A stretch of DNA of 64,000 nucleotides from Candidatus Dojkabacteria bacterium (lineage in GTDB: Bacteria > Patescibacteriota > Dojkabacteria > J137): assembly GCA_040006935.1 (NCBI GenBank), contig JBDTVZ010000002.1:208174-272173 (forward strand). The letters are read 5' to 3'. The translations under genes and the position numbers were made by a program. This document shows, piece by piece, positions 21,034 through 31,176 of this stretch (position 1 is its first letter; every line of letters begins with the position of its first letter). The notes below the pieces were generated by a model, which saw only the letters and a list, made by a program, of their open reading frames with translations, did not search any database and had not been told where the DNA came from.

Positions 21034-21100
21034 AGTTATAATGTTAAAAAGCTAAAAATAACGTTATAACCTTGTAACATTTAAACTTTAAAACGCAATT
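21034..21100. repeat. Octamer-periodic tract upstream of gatB
   Basis: 21080-21100 tttaaactttaaaacgcaatt identical to 16076-16096. Confidence 0.6.
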
Positions 21101-21101
21101 T

Positions 21102-22544
21102 ATGTATTCACCAGTTGTTGGCTTGGAGATTCATCTTCAGGTAAAAACAAATTCAAAAATGTTTTGTCGATGTAAATCAAATTACTTTGACGATGCACCT
21201 AATACTAACGTTTGCCCAGTTTGCTTTGGATTGCCAGGTGCTCTACCCGTTCCAAACGAAGTAGCAGTAAACAAAGCCATCTCTTTAGCTTTAGCTTTAG
21301 GTTGCACGATTAATCAAGAAACTAAATTTGATAGAAAAAACTATTTTTATCCAGATTTGCCAAAAGGTTATCAGATTTCTCAGTACGACCAACCAATTGG
21401 CGTAGACGGATTCGTAGAAATTGAAGTTGAAGGAGATGCTAGGAGAATTCGAATTCAAAGAGTTCATTTAGAGGAAGATACAGCAAAATCAATGCATTCA
21501 GAAGGTGACGTAACAATGATTGATTACAATAAATCTGGAGTTCCACTTATTGAAATCGTTACCTTGCCAGATTTTGAAAGTACAGAAGAAGTTATTTTAT
21601 TCGCAAAAAGATTAAGACAAATAGTTAGATACTTGAATGTAAGTGATGCAGAAATGCAAAAAGGTCAAATGCGATTCGAATTAAACATTTCTGTAAAAAC
21701 AGAAAATACTCCAAAAGGTCAACTTCCAGATTACAAAGTTGAAGTAAAAAATATTGGCTCGATTTCTGTTCTAGAAAAAGTTTTAGATTTTGAATTAAAA
21801 AGACAAAGTGAGATTCTAGAAAAAGGAGAACAACCAGTTCAGGAAACAAGAGGTTTGAAAGACATGACTGGCGAAACTCTTTCTCAAAGAATTAAAGAAG
21901 AAGCATCCGATTACAGATATTTTCCAGAGCCAGATATTGCGCCAATTCATATTTCAAACGAAGAAATTGAAAAATTAAAACAAGAAATGCCAGAGCTTCC
22001 AGATGTAAGAAAGAAAAGGTATAAGTCCCTTGGCTTAGAAAATGATCAAGCAGATGTTTTAGTTGAAGATAAATTAAAAGGAGATTGGTTTGATAAATTA
22101 ATAACTCAAACAAACGAAGATAGAGATTTAATAAGAGAATCTGCAAAATGGTTAATCGGAGACATTTCCGGCCATTTAGAAAAAAGGTCTATTGAAGTTA
22201 CTGACTCACCAGTTACACAAGAGGGTGTTTTAGATATTGTTAAATTAATAAAAGAAAATAAAATTTCTGGAACAATTGCAAAAAATATAATTGAACAGAT
22301 TTTTGAAAAAGGTGGAAATGTAAAAGAAATTATTGAATCACAAGGTTTAATTCAGATTTCAGATTCTGGAGAAGTAGAAAAGATTGTAGACAATGTAATT
22401 GCAAATAATCCTAAAATTATTGAGGATATGAAGAAAAATCCAAATGCGATTAAATTTCTTGTTGGACAAGTAATGAAAGAATCTAAAGGTAAAGTAAATC
22501 CAAAAGTTGCAGAAGAAGAGTTGAGAAAGAAGTTAGGAATTTAA
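21102..22544 (+). CDS. gatB: Asp/Glu-tRNA amidotransferase subunit B
   Basis: VGLEIH, KMFC, FDRKNYFYPDLPKGYQISQ, HLEED, DYRYFPEPD, GQVMK. Confidence 0.98.
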   Translation: MYSPVVGLEIHLQVKTNSKMFCRCKSNYFDDAPNTNVCPVCFGLPGALPVPNEVAVNKAISLALALGCTINQETKFDRKNYFYPDLPKGYQISQYDQPIGVDGFVEIEVEGDARRIRIQRVHLEEDTAKSMHSEGDVTMIDYNKSGVPLIEIVTLPDFESTEEVILFAKRLRQIVRYLNVSDAEMQKGQMRFELNISVKTENTPKGQLPDYKVEVKNIGSISVLEKVLDFELKRQSEILEKGEQPVQETRGLKDMTGETLSQRIKEEASDYRYFPEPDIAPIHISNEEIEKLKQEMPELPDVRKKRYKSLGLENDQADVLVEDKLKGDWFDKLITQTNEDRDLIRESAKWLIGDISGHLEKRSIEVTDSPVTQEGVLDIVKLIKENKISGTIAKNIIEQIFEKGGNVKEIIESQGLIQISDSGEVEKIVDNVIANNPKIIEDMKKNPNAIKFLVGQVMKESKGKVNPKVAEEELRKKLGI

Positions 22545-22577
22545 GGGCTAGAGTTACGTTTAATTTCAACATTACTC

Positions 22578-22596
22578 TAGGCTGTGTTACAGCCTA
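22578..22596. repeat. Palindrome taggctgt-gtt-acagccta
   Basis: Identical copy at 29041-29059; partial copy at 18445-18459. Confidence 0.75.
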
Positions 22597-22609
22597 TTAA
22601 TTATTAAAT

Positions 22610-23365
22610 ATGAATAAAACAGTTTTAATTACAGGTGCATCATCAGGTTTCGGTAAGGCTACCGCAGAACTGCTAGCGATGAATGGATTTAAATTAATTT
22701 TAATTTCCAGACGAAAAGAAGTTTTAGACTCAATCGCAAAAGATTTAGGTACTTCAGTTCACACTGCTTCTGTTGATGTAACAAATAAAGAACAATGTGA
22801 AAAATTCTTTAAAAATATTCCTATTGAATTTCAAGATATTGATATTTTAATAAATAATGCTGGCCTTGCAGTTGGATTAGATCCAGTTACAGAAGCAAAT
22901 TTAGAAGATTGGGATCTAATGGTAAACACAAACATTAAAGGCTTACTCTATTTCACAAGATCCACTTTAGAAATAATGAAAAAAAGAAACACAGGACTTA
23001 TTATAAACATAGGTTCTGTTGCATCTAATGTTCCTTACAAAGGTGGAAATGTTTATGGTGCAACAAAGGCTTTTGTAAAACAATTTTCTAGAAACTTAAG
23101 GACAGATTTATTTGGAACAGATATTAAAGTTAGTAATATCGAACCCGGCATGGCAGAAACAGAATTTTCTGTGACAAGATTTAAAGGAGATATTGAGAAA
23201 GCTAAGAAAGTATATGAAGGAACAAGATCATTACAAGCCGAAGATATTGCAAATACAATTCTTTGGATTATTAATCAACCTTTGCGTGTAAATATTGATA
23301 ATATAGAAATAATGCCAATCGACCAGACTTTTGGTGGAATGGTTATAAATAGATCTGGTGAATAA
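22610..23365 (+). CDS. Short-chain dehydrogenase, YdfG-like
   Basis: TGASSGFG, NNAG, YGATK, IEPGMAETEFS. Confidence 0.92.
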   Translation: MNKTVLITGASSGFGKATAELLAMNGFKLILISRRKEVLDSIAKDLGTSVHTASVDVTNKEQCEKFFKNIPIEFQDIDILINNAGLAVGLDPVTEANLEDWDLMVNTNIKGLLYFTRSTLEIMKKRNTGLIINIGSVASNVPYKGGNVYGATKAFVKQFSRNLRTDLFGTDIKVSNIEPGMAETEFSVTRFKGDIEKAKKVYEGTRSLQAEDIANTILWIINQPLRVNIDNIEIMPIDQTFGGMVINRSGE

Positions 23366-23386
23366 GATTATCTTTTATCTAAATTT

Positions 23387-24346
23387 ATGAGCGATGAAGA
23401 AAAAATTAAGAATATGTCACTTGGTAAACTTATAACAAAATCTTCAGCAATATTATTTTTAATAACTCTAATAACAACTGGTGGAGTAAAGGTAGTAAGT
23501 CAACTTTTAAGTCTCTTAAATGCTAATGACGATCCAATACTAAATATTTTTGATCAAGATAGCGATTCATTTATCTCTAGCGATGTCTCAAGAGCCATAT
23601 TAATGTCAAGTCCTAACATAGGAGACCTCCCTTCTTTTTTAGGATATGATGTCCGAGATGACGGACTATTTTTTATAAGATCTAATTCTTTCGAAATTGA
23701 ATTAATTAATACTAGTAGTGGTTCCATTAGGAATCTAGAACTGAGAAACCCCGATTTTGTTTTTTTATCACCAGTTTTCATAACTGAAAATATCATTGGG
23801 TTCTTAGAAAGAAGAAGGGGTTCAATAGATAATGATACTAATATAATTATTTACGACATCAATACTAGTACAAGAATTGATTCAATAAACCTTAGGGACA
23901 CTAGTTTGTGGGAAATGAGTTACTCAAATAATTCTTTTTTTACAATCGGATTTCAAGGAAACCATGAAAATTCTCAAGTATTCGTATCACTTATAGATAA
24001 TTCAGGGAATGAAGTATTTTCCGAGGAAGAAAATTTTAATTACACATTAGAAAACCCTTCTTCTTCACCATCAGGAAATTCACTATCATATCTTAGAGTA
24101 AATAATGGACAAGGTTTACCAGATACAGTTGTTTTAAGGAATCGAGAAGGAGAAGTTATTGGAGAGTTTACAGGAAACCGACAAGATACATTTTTAAGAT
24201 TTGCATTAATAGATGATACTAGTGGAGTTTTATTTGTAAGGGCGATTGACCCCAACAATCCACTTCAAACTAAATATACTTTCTATTTAATCAACTTCAA
24301 CGGAGAAGGTGATGGCATTGTTTCCACTATTGGTGCTTTGCCATAA
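23387..24346 (+). CDS. Hypothetical membrane-anchored beta-rich protein (possible beta-propeller)
   Basis: N-terminal TM then short beta strands; SPSGNSLSY resembles a TolB-like blade. Confidence 0.6.
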   Translation: MSDEEKIKNMSLGKLITKSSAILFLITLITTGGVKVVSQLLSLLNANDDPILNIFDQDSDSFISSDVSRAILMSSPNIGDLPSFLGYDVRDDGLFFIRSNSFEIELINTSSGSIRNLELRNPDFVFLSPVFITENIIGFLERRRGSIDNDTNIIIYDINTSTRIDSINLRDTSLWEMSYSNNSFFTIGFQGNHENSQVFVSLIDNSGNEVFSEEENFNYTLENPSSSPSGNSLSYLRVNNGQGLPDTVVLRNREGEVIGEFTGNRQDTFLRFALIDDTSGVLFVRAIDPNNPLQTKYTFYLINFNGEGDGIVSTIGALP

Positions 24347-24510
24347 ATATAACTAAATCCAACTTTTCCTCACCCTAGCTCCTTGAGATTGTAGGCAAGG
24401 TTTATAATTATTCGTTAACTTGTACCCCCTTCAAGACTTATATATAAGAGTTTTAGCACTTTACTAACGCTTCGCTATGATATAGTATGAAGAGCAATTT
24501 AACTTTTTGA

Positions 24511-26763
24511 ATGAAAGCAAAAGCAATAAAAATAATAAAAAAAGATGATCTTTCTAACCAGAGAGGAAGGAGTTCTGAAGTGATAGAAGATGATAGTCAA
24601 GAGCCTGTTTCTTTAAGGAATATTCAAAGAGAAGGACGATCCAACATAAGCATGACTCTTCGAACTCAAGGTCCACTTACTCCTAAGCAAAAAAAATGGA
24701 GGAAAATAGGATGGAATGTTCTATTTACAAGTGTGCTTATTGGAGTAATTATTACTGGACTACTGATTTACTTCGTTTTGATTCCAGCCCAGAGAATTTT
24801 AGGATACGTAGATTCTATGCAGACATCTGCAGTGTCTTTGTTAACAGATTTAAATAAAAAAGATATTTCAAATATAGATGCTACATTTAGTAACTTCGAG
24901 AGCAATTTAAATAATATCGATAGTGAACTTTCCAAATACGAGTTTTTACAAAATTGGGATCAGACAAAAGGTTATTATCAGAATTTTCAGAAAGGAAGAA
25001 CGATATTAGCGAAAATCGATAATCTTTCGCAAAAATCTCTCCCTAAATTAAAGAATGTATTACAGGCAACTGGATTTAAAGTAGATGCATCCCAACCAGC
25101 TCCCGATACAAGCGAGTTAAATCCAGACGGAACTAAAAAACCAAGTACACTGAATTTGATCCTGAAAGAACTTCCTTTATATTTAAATCTTTATTCCGAA
25201 ATTGAACCCGATTTGAAAGATATTATGGCAGATGTAAAATCTATAGATCCAGCCTTCGTTCCCAATATCGGTAGCAGTGACTTAAAAGGAAAATTAGAAA
25301 AAATCGATAGCTTTATTGATGATTACCCCACTCTATCCGTTCAGACTCTGAATTTTTTGAAATACCTTCCGGAGTTAATCGGATCTAATAGTGAAAAAAG
25401 GTATTTGTTAGTTCTGCAAAATGAAGTTGAGTTAAGAGCATCCGGTGGAATTATTACAGCTTTTGGAACTGCAACTATCAAAGATGGAGAACTACAAGGC
25501 GGGATTTCACTTCAAGATAGTTGGAATTTACAATTATATTTATGGGGACTTGGAGTTCCAATGCCTCACGATAATATTTATGGACAAGCATATTTAATGA
25601 ATTCAGGTTGCGGGGCAACAGAAGCAAGAGCACAAGATGTTGCTATGTATCCAGACTTGTATGCAAGTATGGATTGGTTTAAGGACTATTATGATATTGC
25701 CAATCAATATAATCCCGATGATTTTCCTAGTTACGATCACATAGTTATTATTAACTTCAAATTTGCTGAAGATTTATTAGGATTAGTTCAGCCCTTGACT
25801 GTAGATCCATTAGGAGAAGTTACTGCAGATAATTTGTTTCAATTTATAAAATCCGAAACTGATGATCCTAAATACCATGGATTTAATAAAGATAGGAAAC
25901 AAATCTTACAAGATATTGCGGATGCAGCTAAGAAAAAATTATTTGATTTACCTTTGGACCAAATGCCAAAGGTTATTAAAACAATTTTAAATTCTTTCCA
26001 AGCTAAGGATATTTCACTTTCTACTAAAAACCCGGATGTTCAAGCATTCTTTGATACCTATGGATTAACCGCTAGGACAGTAAAAGATTATACTGGAGAC
26101 TATTTCCAATTTAACGAGGCTCAAAATTGTGCGCTGAAACTTAATAAGTGGGTTAGAGATAGTGTCTATAATCAAGTCGATATAAATGATAATGGATCGA
26201 TTAATAGGACTACCTGGGTTACATGGACACAACCAAAGATTTACGATGACTCACTTGGAGGACAGTATTCTGATTCATTACAATTTTCATACAGAGCCTG
26301 GGTTAGGTTCTTTATGCCAACTGGTACAACTAATATAGACTCTGATGGTTACTCGAGATCAGGGTATTTATATTACTACCCACAGGAGTATTACGACGAC
26401 ATTATGGATAAGGAAACCAGCGATAATATTGTATGGTTTGACCATAGAAGATTTACAGATGCGGATCCAATTGAAAAGCAACAAATGAATGTGAATTATT
26501 CTTTACCCGATAGTATTAATTTCTTAAATCAGGGGAAATATACATTAATAGTTCAAAAGCACCCTGGGAAATCGTGGGGAGAGGCGAATCAAGTTGTGAT
26601 TAATTATAATGGAATTAAATATTCCGTAGACTTTACACTAGATCGTGACAAAGTATTAACTTTCAAAGACGGTATTATTACTGTTGATAACTACGATAAA
26701 AGACTAGATTGGATTTACAACATCGTAGACAGTATTCCTTGGGATAGTATAAAAAAAACATAA
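24511..26763 (+). CDS. DUF4012-domain membrane-anchored protein
   Basis: TM near aa 66-92; YLLVLQNEVELRASGGII, YRAWVRFFMP, YTLIVQKHPG. Confidence 0.85.
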   Translation: MKAKAIKIIKKDDLSNQRGRSSEVIEDDSQEPVSLRNIQREGRSNISMTLRTQGPLTPKQKKWRKIGWNVLFTSVLIGVIITGLLIYFVLIPAQRILGYVDSMQTSAVSLLTDLNKKDISNIDATFSNFESNLNNIDSELSKYEFLQNWDQTKGYYQNFQKGRTILAKIDNLSQKSLPKLKNVLQATGFKVDASQPAPDTSELNPDGTKKPSTLNLILKELPLYLNLYSEIEPDLKDIMADVKSIDPAFVPNIGSSDLKGKLEKIDSFIDDYPTLSVQTLNFLKYLPELIGSNSEKRYLLVLQNEVELRASGGIITAFGTATIKDGELQGGISLQDSWNLQLYLWGLGVPMPHDNIYGQAYLMNSGCGATEARAQDVAMYPDLYASMDWFKDYYDIANQYNPDDFPSYDHIVIINFKFAEDLLGLVQPLTVDPLGEVTADNLFQFIKSETDDPKYHGFNKDRKQILQDIADAAKKKLFDLPLDQMPKVIKTILNSFQAKDISLSTKNPDVQAFFDTYGLTARTVKDYTGDYFQFNEAQNCALKLNKWVRDSVYNQVDINDNGSINRTTWVTWTQPKIYDDSLGGQYSDSLQFSYRAWVRFFMPTGTTNIDSDGYSRSGYLYYYPQEYYDDIMDKETSDNIVWFDHRRFTDADPIEKQQMNVNYSLPDSINFLNQGKYTLIVQKHPGKSWGEANQVVINYNGIKYSVDFTLDRDKVLTFKDGIITVDNYDKRLDWIYNIVDSIPWDSIKKT

Positions 26764-26780
26764 TCTGATATAATCGACTT

Positions 26781-28097
26781 ATGGAAAATACTACTCAAGA
26801 AAAAGAAATACCCTCTATCCTCATTGATACCACTTTCTTATTCGACCAGTATTCAAAAAGAGGTATTGGAAGGTACGGAAGGAATGTTGTAAAAGGAATG
26901 GTTGAACAAATACTCGACGACCAGTCTATGCAGATTAATCTCTTAGGGTTTTCTAATCTTCATCAGAACTTAATTGCGCTTGGGTTTACGCAATTTCAAA
27001 TTGAAGAAATTGAAAATAAGATACAATTCTATACTCTTGGCGAAGCATTCCCATCTTCATTGACCAATGTAATAAGCTGGAGACAAACATTTATTCCTAT
27101 TATCGAAAAAGTAAAACCAAATATTTATTTTGCTACTCACTTCGAAAGAGGATTACCAACTACACAATTTATTAATAGAAACCTTACACACAAACCAAAA
27201 ACTGTTGTAATGGCACATGATGCTATTCCATTAGTATTAAATAAATATTCCCAAAAAGGCTACGTTCATAATCAATTAAAAGGACAGTTCTTTAAATTTA
27301 TGTGGAGCGGAGTTAGGAATGCTGACCTTGTTTTAACTAATTCAAATTTTTCCAAAGGAGATCTTGTTAACTATGGAAAGGTGAATGAAGATAAAATAAA
27401 GGTAATTTACTTAGGAATTGATCAAGATTTTTTTGATGGACGAAAAGTATTTAATAAGGATTTAATTGATGCAACGCTTGAGGCTTATCATTTGAAGGAT
27501 AAAAAATATTTCTTTTATGATAGTGGTTTTGAAGCAAATAAATCCACTGGAGAACTCTTAAATGTTTTTAAAAGCATTTTGGATCTAGGAAATAAAGATT
27601 TACCCGATACTTTAGTTGTAACAGGGCATGACTTTCACAAAGGTATAGGAAATTCTATCCGAGCAATTTCTATTCTTGGAGATATGTTTTTAAAGAATGC
27701 AAAAAAACTAGGCGTTATTGATAATATCGTGGCAACAGACAAAGTTACAGATAATCATCTCGTAGAACTTTTAATGGAAGCTAAAGCTTATATTAATTTG
27801 TCAAGCTATGAGGGTTTTAGTTTTGGCCCTTTACAAGCTATGGCCGCTAGAATTCCTGCAATCGCTGCTAATTCCTCTTGCACTCCAGAGGTAACAGATG
27901 GTGGTGCGTTTTTAATAGATTTAGAAAAATGTAAAGATTTAGAATCTGCAAATGAGGTTGCATTGGAAATTAAAGATCTATTACATAATAAGGCAAGACT
28001 TGCAGCTCATTTGAAAACCGCACAAGAAATAGCTAGAAGATATAAATGGGATGATACTGTAGAAAAGACTTTGAAAGAAATAAAAAAACTAATTTAG
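26781..28097 (+). CDS. Glycosyltransferase family 4
   Basis: RGIGRY, HDAIP, NSNFSK.DL, SSYEGFSFGPLQAMA, RYKWD. Confidence 0.9.
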   Translation: MENTTQEKEIPSILIDTTFLFDQYSKRGIGRYGRNVVKGMVEQILDDQSMQINLLGFSNLHQNLIALGFTQFQIEEIENKIQFYTLGEAFPSSLTNVISWRQTFIPIIEKVKPNIYFATHFERGLPTTQFINRNLTHKPKTVVMAHDAIPLVLNKYSQKGYVHNQLKGQFFKFMWSGVRNADLVLTNSNFSKGDLVNYGKVNEDKIKVIYLGIDQDFFDGRKVFNKDLIDATLEAYHLKDKKYFFYDSGFEANKSTGELLNVFKSILDLGNKDLPDTLVVTGHDFHKGIGNSIRAISILGDMFLKNAKKLGVIDNIVATDKVTDNHLVELLMEAKAYINLSSYEGFSFGPLQAMAARIPAIAANSSCTPEVTDGGAFLIDLEKCKDLESANEVALEIKDLLHNKARLAAHLKTAQEIARRYKWDDTVEKTLKEIKKLI

Positions 28098-28101
28098 TAA
28101 T

Positions 28102-28170
28102 TGTCATGGTGAGGCTCTCGAACCATGACCTTAAATAAAGAAGTCATCCTTCGAGAGCCTCAGGATGACA
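28102..28170. repeat. REP-like doublet (TGTCAT...ATGACA class)
   Basis: tgtcatggtgaggctctcgaaccatgac and inverted gtcatccttcgagagcctcaggatgaca. Confidence 0.75.
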
Positions 28171-28184
28171 CAATGATAATTAAT

Positions 28185-28430
28185 ATGGACCCAGCAGTAA
28201 AACAGTATATTGTTTTCTCTTTTGTAATAAGTCTTATTTTGGGCGTACTTGTGAACTTTATACTTATCGAAGGAGTAAAAGGAACTTTTGCTTATGGTTT
28301 TCCAATCAATCTAAATGCAGTTGAAGGTGTTTTGAATTTTGTGTATAGAGTAATAAACACTCTTATCCTTGGAGCTCTACTTACAGTTCCAGTTTATTTG
28401 GGTTTAAAGTATTTACAGACGAGACAGTAA
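28185..28430 (+). CDS. Small two-TM membrane protein
   Basis: Two hydrophobic helices; track start 28125 lies inside the REP, so ATG 28185 preferred. Confidence 0.6.
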   Translation: MDPAVKQYIVFSFVISLILGVLVNFILIEGVKGTFAYGFPINLNAVEGVLNFVYRVINTLILGALLTVPVYLGLKYLQTRQ

Positions 28431-28446
28431 TTTTTAATTCCATCTT

Positions 28447-29004
28447 ATGGATGATATGTTTAAGGATAATCCAGATAATTTAATAGCTGGAACTTTTTCA
28501 ATTACAAGAAATGCCACAGAAAAAGAAAGAGGAGTTATTGAGAGAGTTGGCAGAGGCAGTTTTGATGTTTTATCTGCCAGAAACGAACTAGAAGAGCATG
28601 AGTTGTTATTAATCGAGTCGACTTCACCACTACAGCCGGGTCATTTGAACTATCAGATAATGAGAAAATCTTTGGACACGCAAGGGAAACCTTTAGAGTT
28701 TGACCCAAGCATTATTCATAGATACAATGTGTGGAATTTAATTTCAGAATCTTCAAATTTAACTCCTGAGAAAGCTAGAGAATTTGCTAGAAGTCGAGTT
28801 AAAACACCGGATCAGATTATAAATGAATTGCTTGAAAGTGATACTCCTCAAAATATTCCTGATGGGAAAAAATTGAGAGAGCAATACGAAAAAGATATTG
28901 AAAATTTAGCAGTTGTTATGGCAAATTGGCTCGCTACAATGACTTTTGAACTTCCCAGAGAAACGGGTAATAAACCAAGACGTAATCCATATGCTGGGCT
29001 TTAA
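28447..29004 (+). CDS. Hypothetical protein
   Basis: 185-aa ORF with normal composition; no motif recognised. Confidence 0.65.
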   Translation: MDDMFKDNPDNLIAGTFSITRNATEKERGVIERVGRGSFDVLSARNELEEHELLLIESTSPLQPGHLNYQIMRKSLDTQGKPLEFDPSIIHRYNVWNLISESSNLTPEKAREFARSRVKTPDQIINELLESDTPQNIPDGKKLREQYEKDIENLAVVMANWLATMTFELPRETGNKPRRNPYAGL

Positions 29005-29040
29005 AAAAGCTTGAGCTACTTGTGAATTTAGCATTTAAGA

Positions 29041-29097
29041 TAGGCTGTGTTACAGCCTATTTCTTTTGGTGATGCGCGACCCCTTCGGGGTCGCGCA
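29041..29097. repeat. Palindrome taggctgtgttacagccta plus GC hairpin tgcgcgaccc-cttcg-gggtcgcgca between convergent genes
   Basis: Perfect inverted repeats seen directly; may act as terminators. Confidence 0.65.
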
Positions 29098-29182
29098 AGA
29101 ATAAACTGCCACTCCCTAGAGAAAAGTAACCCTCTTTTGAGAGAGGGCTAAAAGAGTATGGACAGTGTTAGTCGTAAATGAT

Positions 29183-30985
29183 CTAAACAAAATTTACAAT
29201 AGTTATTATCATCGGCTCTCTTTCTGTTTCTTTAAAAAGAAGATCTGATACTTTAATTGAAATTTCATCTTTAACTACTTGAACATCTTCTTTCATTAGT
29301 TGATTATAAGTTGCATCTACTAGAACGGAAATCTCTTTAATTAATTCCTGAGAATTTTTAACGTACACAAAACCTCTCGAAATTATTAACGGATCTCTTA
29401 CTAATTTTCTTTCTTTATTAACTAAAAGATCAATTACAACCACTCCATAACTTGCAAGTTGCTCTCTTTCTTTAAGAACTGCTGTTCCAACGTCACCAAC
29501 TCCAGAACCTGAAACTAATAGTGGTTCGCATGGGAATTTTTTAATTTCTTTAAATCCTTTAGCAGTATTTCCTTCAATTACACTGCCTCTTTTTGCAATT
29601 ATTATATTCCTCTCCTCTATTCCAACGCTTTTTGCTGTTTCTCCATGGGCTCTTAGGAAATATTGATAACCGTGAACAGGAATGAAAAATTTAGGTTTTA
29701 CTAAATTTAACATAATTTTTTGGTCTTCTTGGTAACCGTGACCAGAAGTATATAAATCTAAATCTTCGGATTGTTTTACTAATGCATTTTTTGACATAAT
29801 AGCATCTACAAGGTTTTGAACTGCTCTATCGTTTCCTGCAATTGTTCTTGAGGAAATTACTACTGTGTCTCCTCCTTGAATTTTTACTCCCTTGTAATCT
29901 GATGTTGCCATTTTTGTAAGTGCTGCATCAGTTTCTCCTTGAGCTCCAGTTGTTAAAATCATGATTTTATCTGGAGAAATATTATCTATTGTTTGTATTG
30001 GAACAATTAGATTAGCTGGCATTTTAATATATCCAATTTCTTGGGCAATTCTTAAGGTTTGCCTCATGGAAAATCCTGCAACTGCAACTTTTCTATTGTG
30101 TCTTTGTGCTATTTCTATAAGTTGGTAAAGTCTTCCAACAAGTCCTGCAAATGTTGCAACTATCACTCTTCCCTTTGCTTTTTCTACCATTTCTTCCAAT
30201 CCTTTTGCTACATCACTTTCAGAAATTGGATGCCCTTTTTTAAGTGAATTAGTTGAGTCTGATAAAAGTATATCTACTCCAAAATCTCCGATCTTTGCTA
30301 ATCTTGAATAATCAGCTACAGGTTCGTTAATTGGAGAGTTATCAAATTTGAAATCTCCCGTTTGAACAACTCTTCCTCCTGGAGTCTTGATGAATAATCC
30401 AACTGCTTGTGGAATACTGTGATTAACTCTGAAAAATGAGATGTCAAAATTATTAAATTTAATATTGCTATTCTCGTCTATAACATGAAGCTTGCCTTCC
30501 ATTGCAGCAAGCAGGTGATCATCTTCAAATTTTGCTTTAATAAGCTCAATTGTAAAGTGAGTTCCGTATAGATCTGGGAAATTTAGAGTTTTTAAGTGAT
30601 ACGGAAGTGCTCCAATGTGATCTAAGTGACCATGAGTAATGAAAATCCCCTTAAGATTTTTTATCTTGTTTTGTACATATGCAATATCTGGAACAACATG
30701 ATCAATTCCATAGTAGTCAAATTCTGAGAATGCTAAACCCATATCGACAACTATCATTTCGTTTCCTGATTCATAAACTGTGCAATTTATTCCAATTTCC
30801 TCTACTCCTCCAAGTGGAATTATTCTCAAATTTGTTGCTGGGACAATATCTTGATCGTCTCTAGCTGGTCGAAAATCCTTTTTAATAAAAGGTTTTCTTG
30901 TTTGTGGTTGTAACTTTCTGGGATTTGGTGCTTGAGGCTTTACATCTTGTCCTTGTACATTATCAACTCTGTTTTCTGTATTCAT
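29183..30985 (-). CDS. rnj: Ribonuclease J
   Basis: IIPLGGVEEIG, THGHLDHIG, VNHSIP, TGDFKFD, SDSTN, TSGHG, PVHG. Confidence 0.96.
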   Translation of the reverse strand: MNTENRVDNVQGQDVKPQAPNPRKLQPQTRKPFIKKDFRPARDDQDIVPATNLRIIPLGGVEEIGINCTVYESGNEMIVVDMGLAFSEFDYYGIDHVVPDIAYVQNKIKNLKGIFITHGHLDHIGALPYHLKTLNFPDLYGTHFTIELIKAKFEDDHLLAAMEGKLHVIDENSNIKFNNFDISFFRVNHSIPQAVGLFIKTPGGRVVQTGDFKFDNSPINEPVADYSRLAKIGDFGVDILLSDSTNSLKKGHPISESDVAKGLEEMVEKAKGRVIVATFAGLVGRLYQLIEIAQRHNRKVAVAGFSMRQTLRIAQEIGYIKMPANLIVPIQTIDNISPDKIMILTTGAQGETDAALTKMATSDYKGVKIQGGDTVVISSRTIAGNDRAVQNLVDAIMSKNALVKQSEDLDLYTSGHGYQEDQKIMLNLVKPKFFIPVHGYQYFLRAHGETAKSVGIEERNIIIAKRGSVIEGNTAKGFKEIKKFPCEPLLVSGSGVGDVGTAVLKEREQLASYGVVVIDLLVNKERKLVRDPLIISRGFVYVKNSQELIKEISVLVDATYNQLMKEDVQVVKDEISIKVSDLLFKETEREPMIITIVNFV

Positions 30986-31052
30986 AACTTAAATAATTAA
31001 ATATCATTAGTATTTTAGCATAGACATGTATTTAGTGTCATTGCGTGTTCGT

Positions 31053-31176
31053 CCCTCTCCTTTAGGAGAGGGGGACCGCACTAACACTAGTTTGATGATT
31101 AGCGATAATAACCCCACCGATCCTACGGATCTTCCTCCCCTTAATTTAAGGGGAGGTGGCGTTAGCCGGAGGGGTT
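31053..31176. repeat. REP-like hairpins (ccctctcc-ttta-ggagaggg; cctcccctt-aattt-aaggggagg)
   Basis: Perfect stems; same class as 5533 and 12503. Confidence 0.7.

Noticed and set aside
29100-29172. Possible structured ncRNA downstream of rnj
   Set aside because: Can form an interrupted hairpin but matches no RNA family I recognise; its core resembles the CCCTCT/AGAGGG repeat class.
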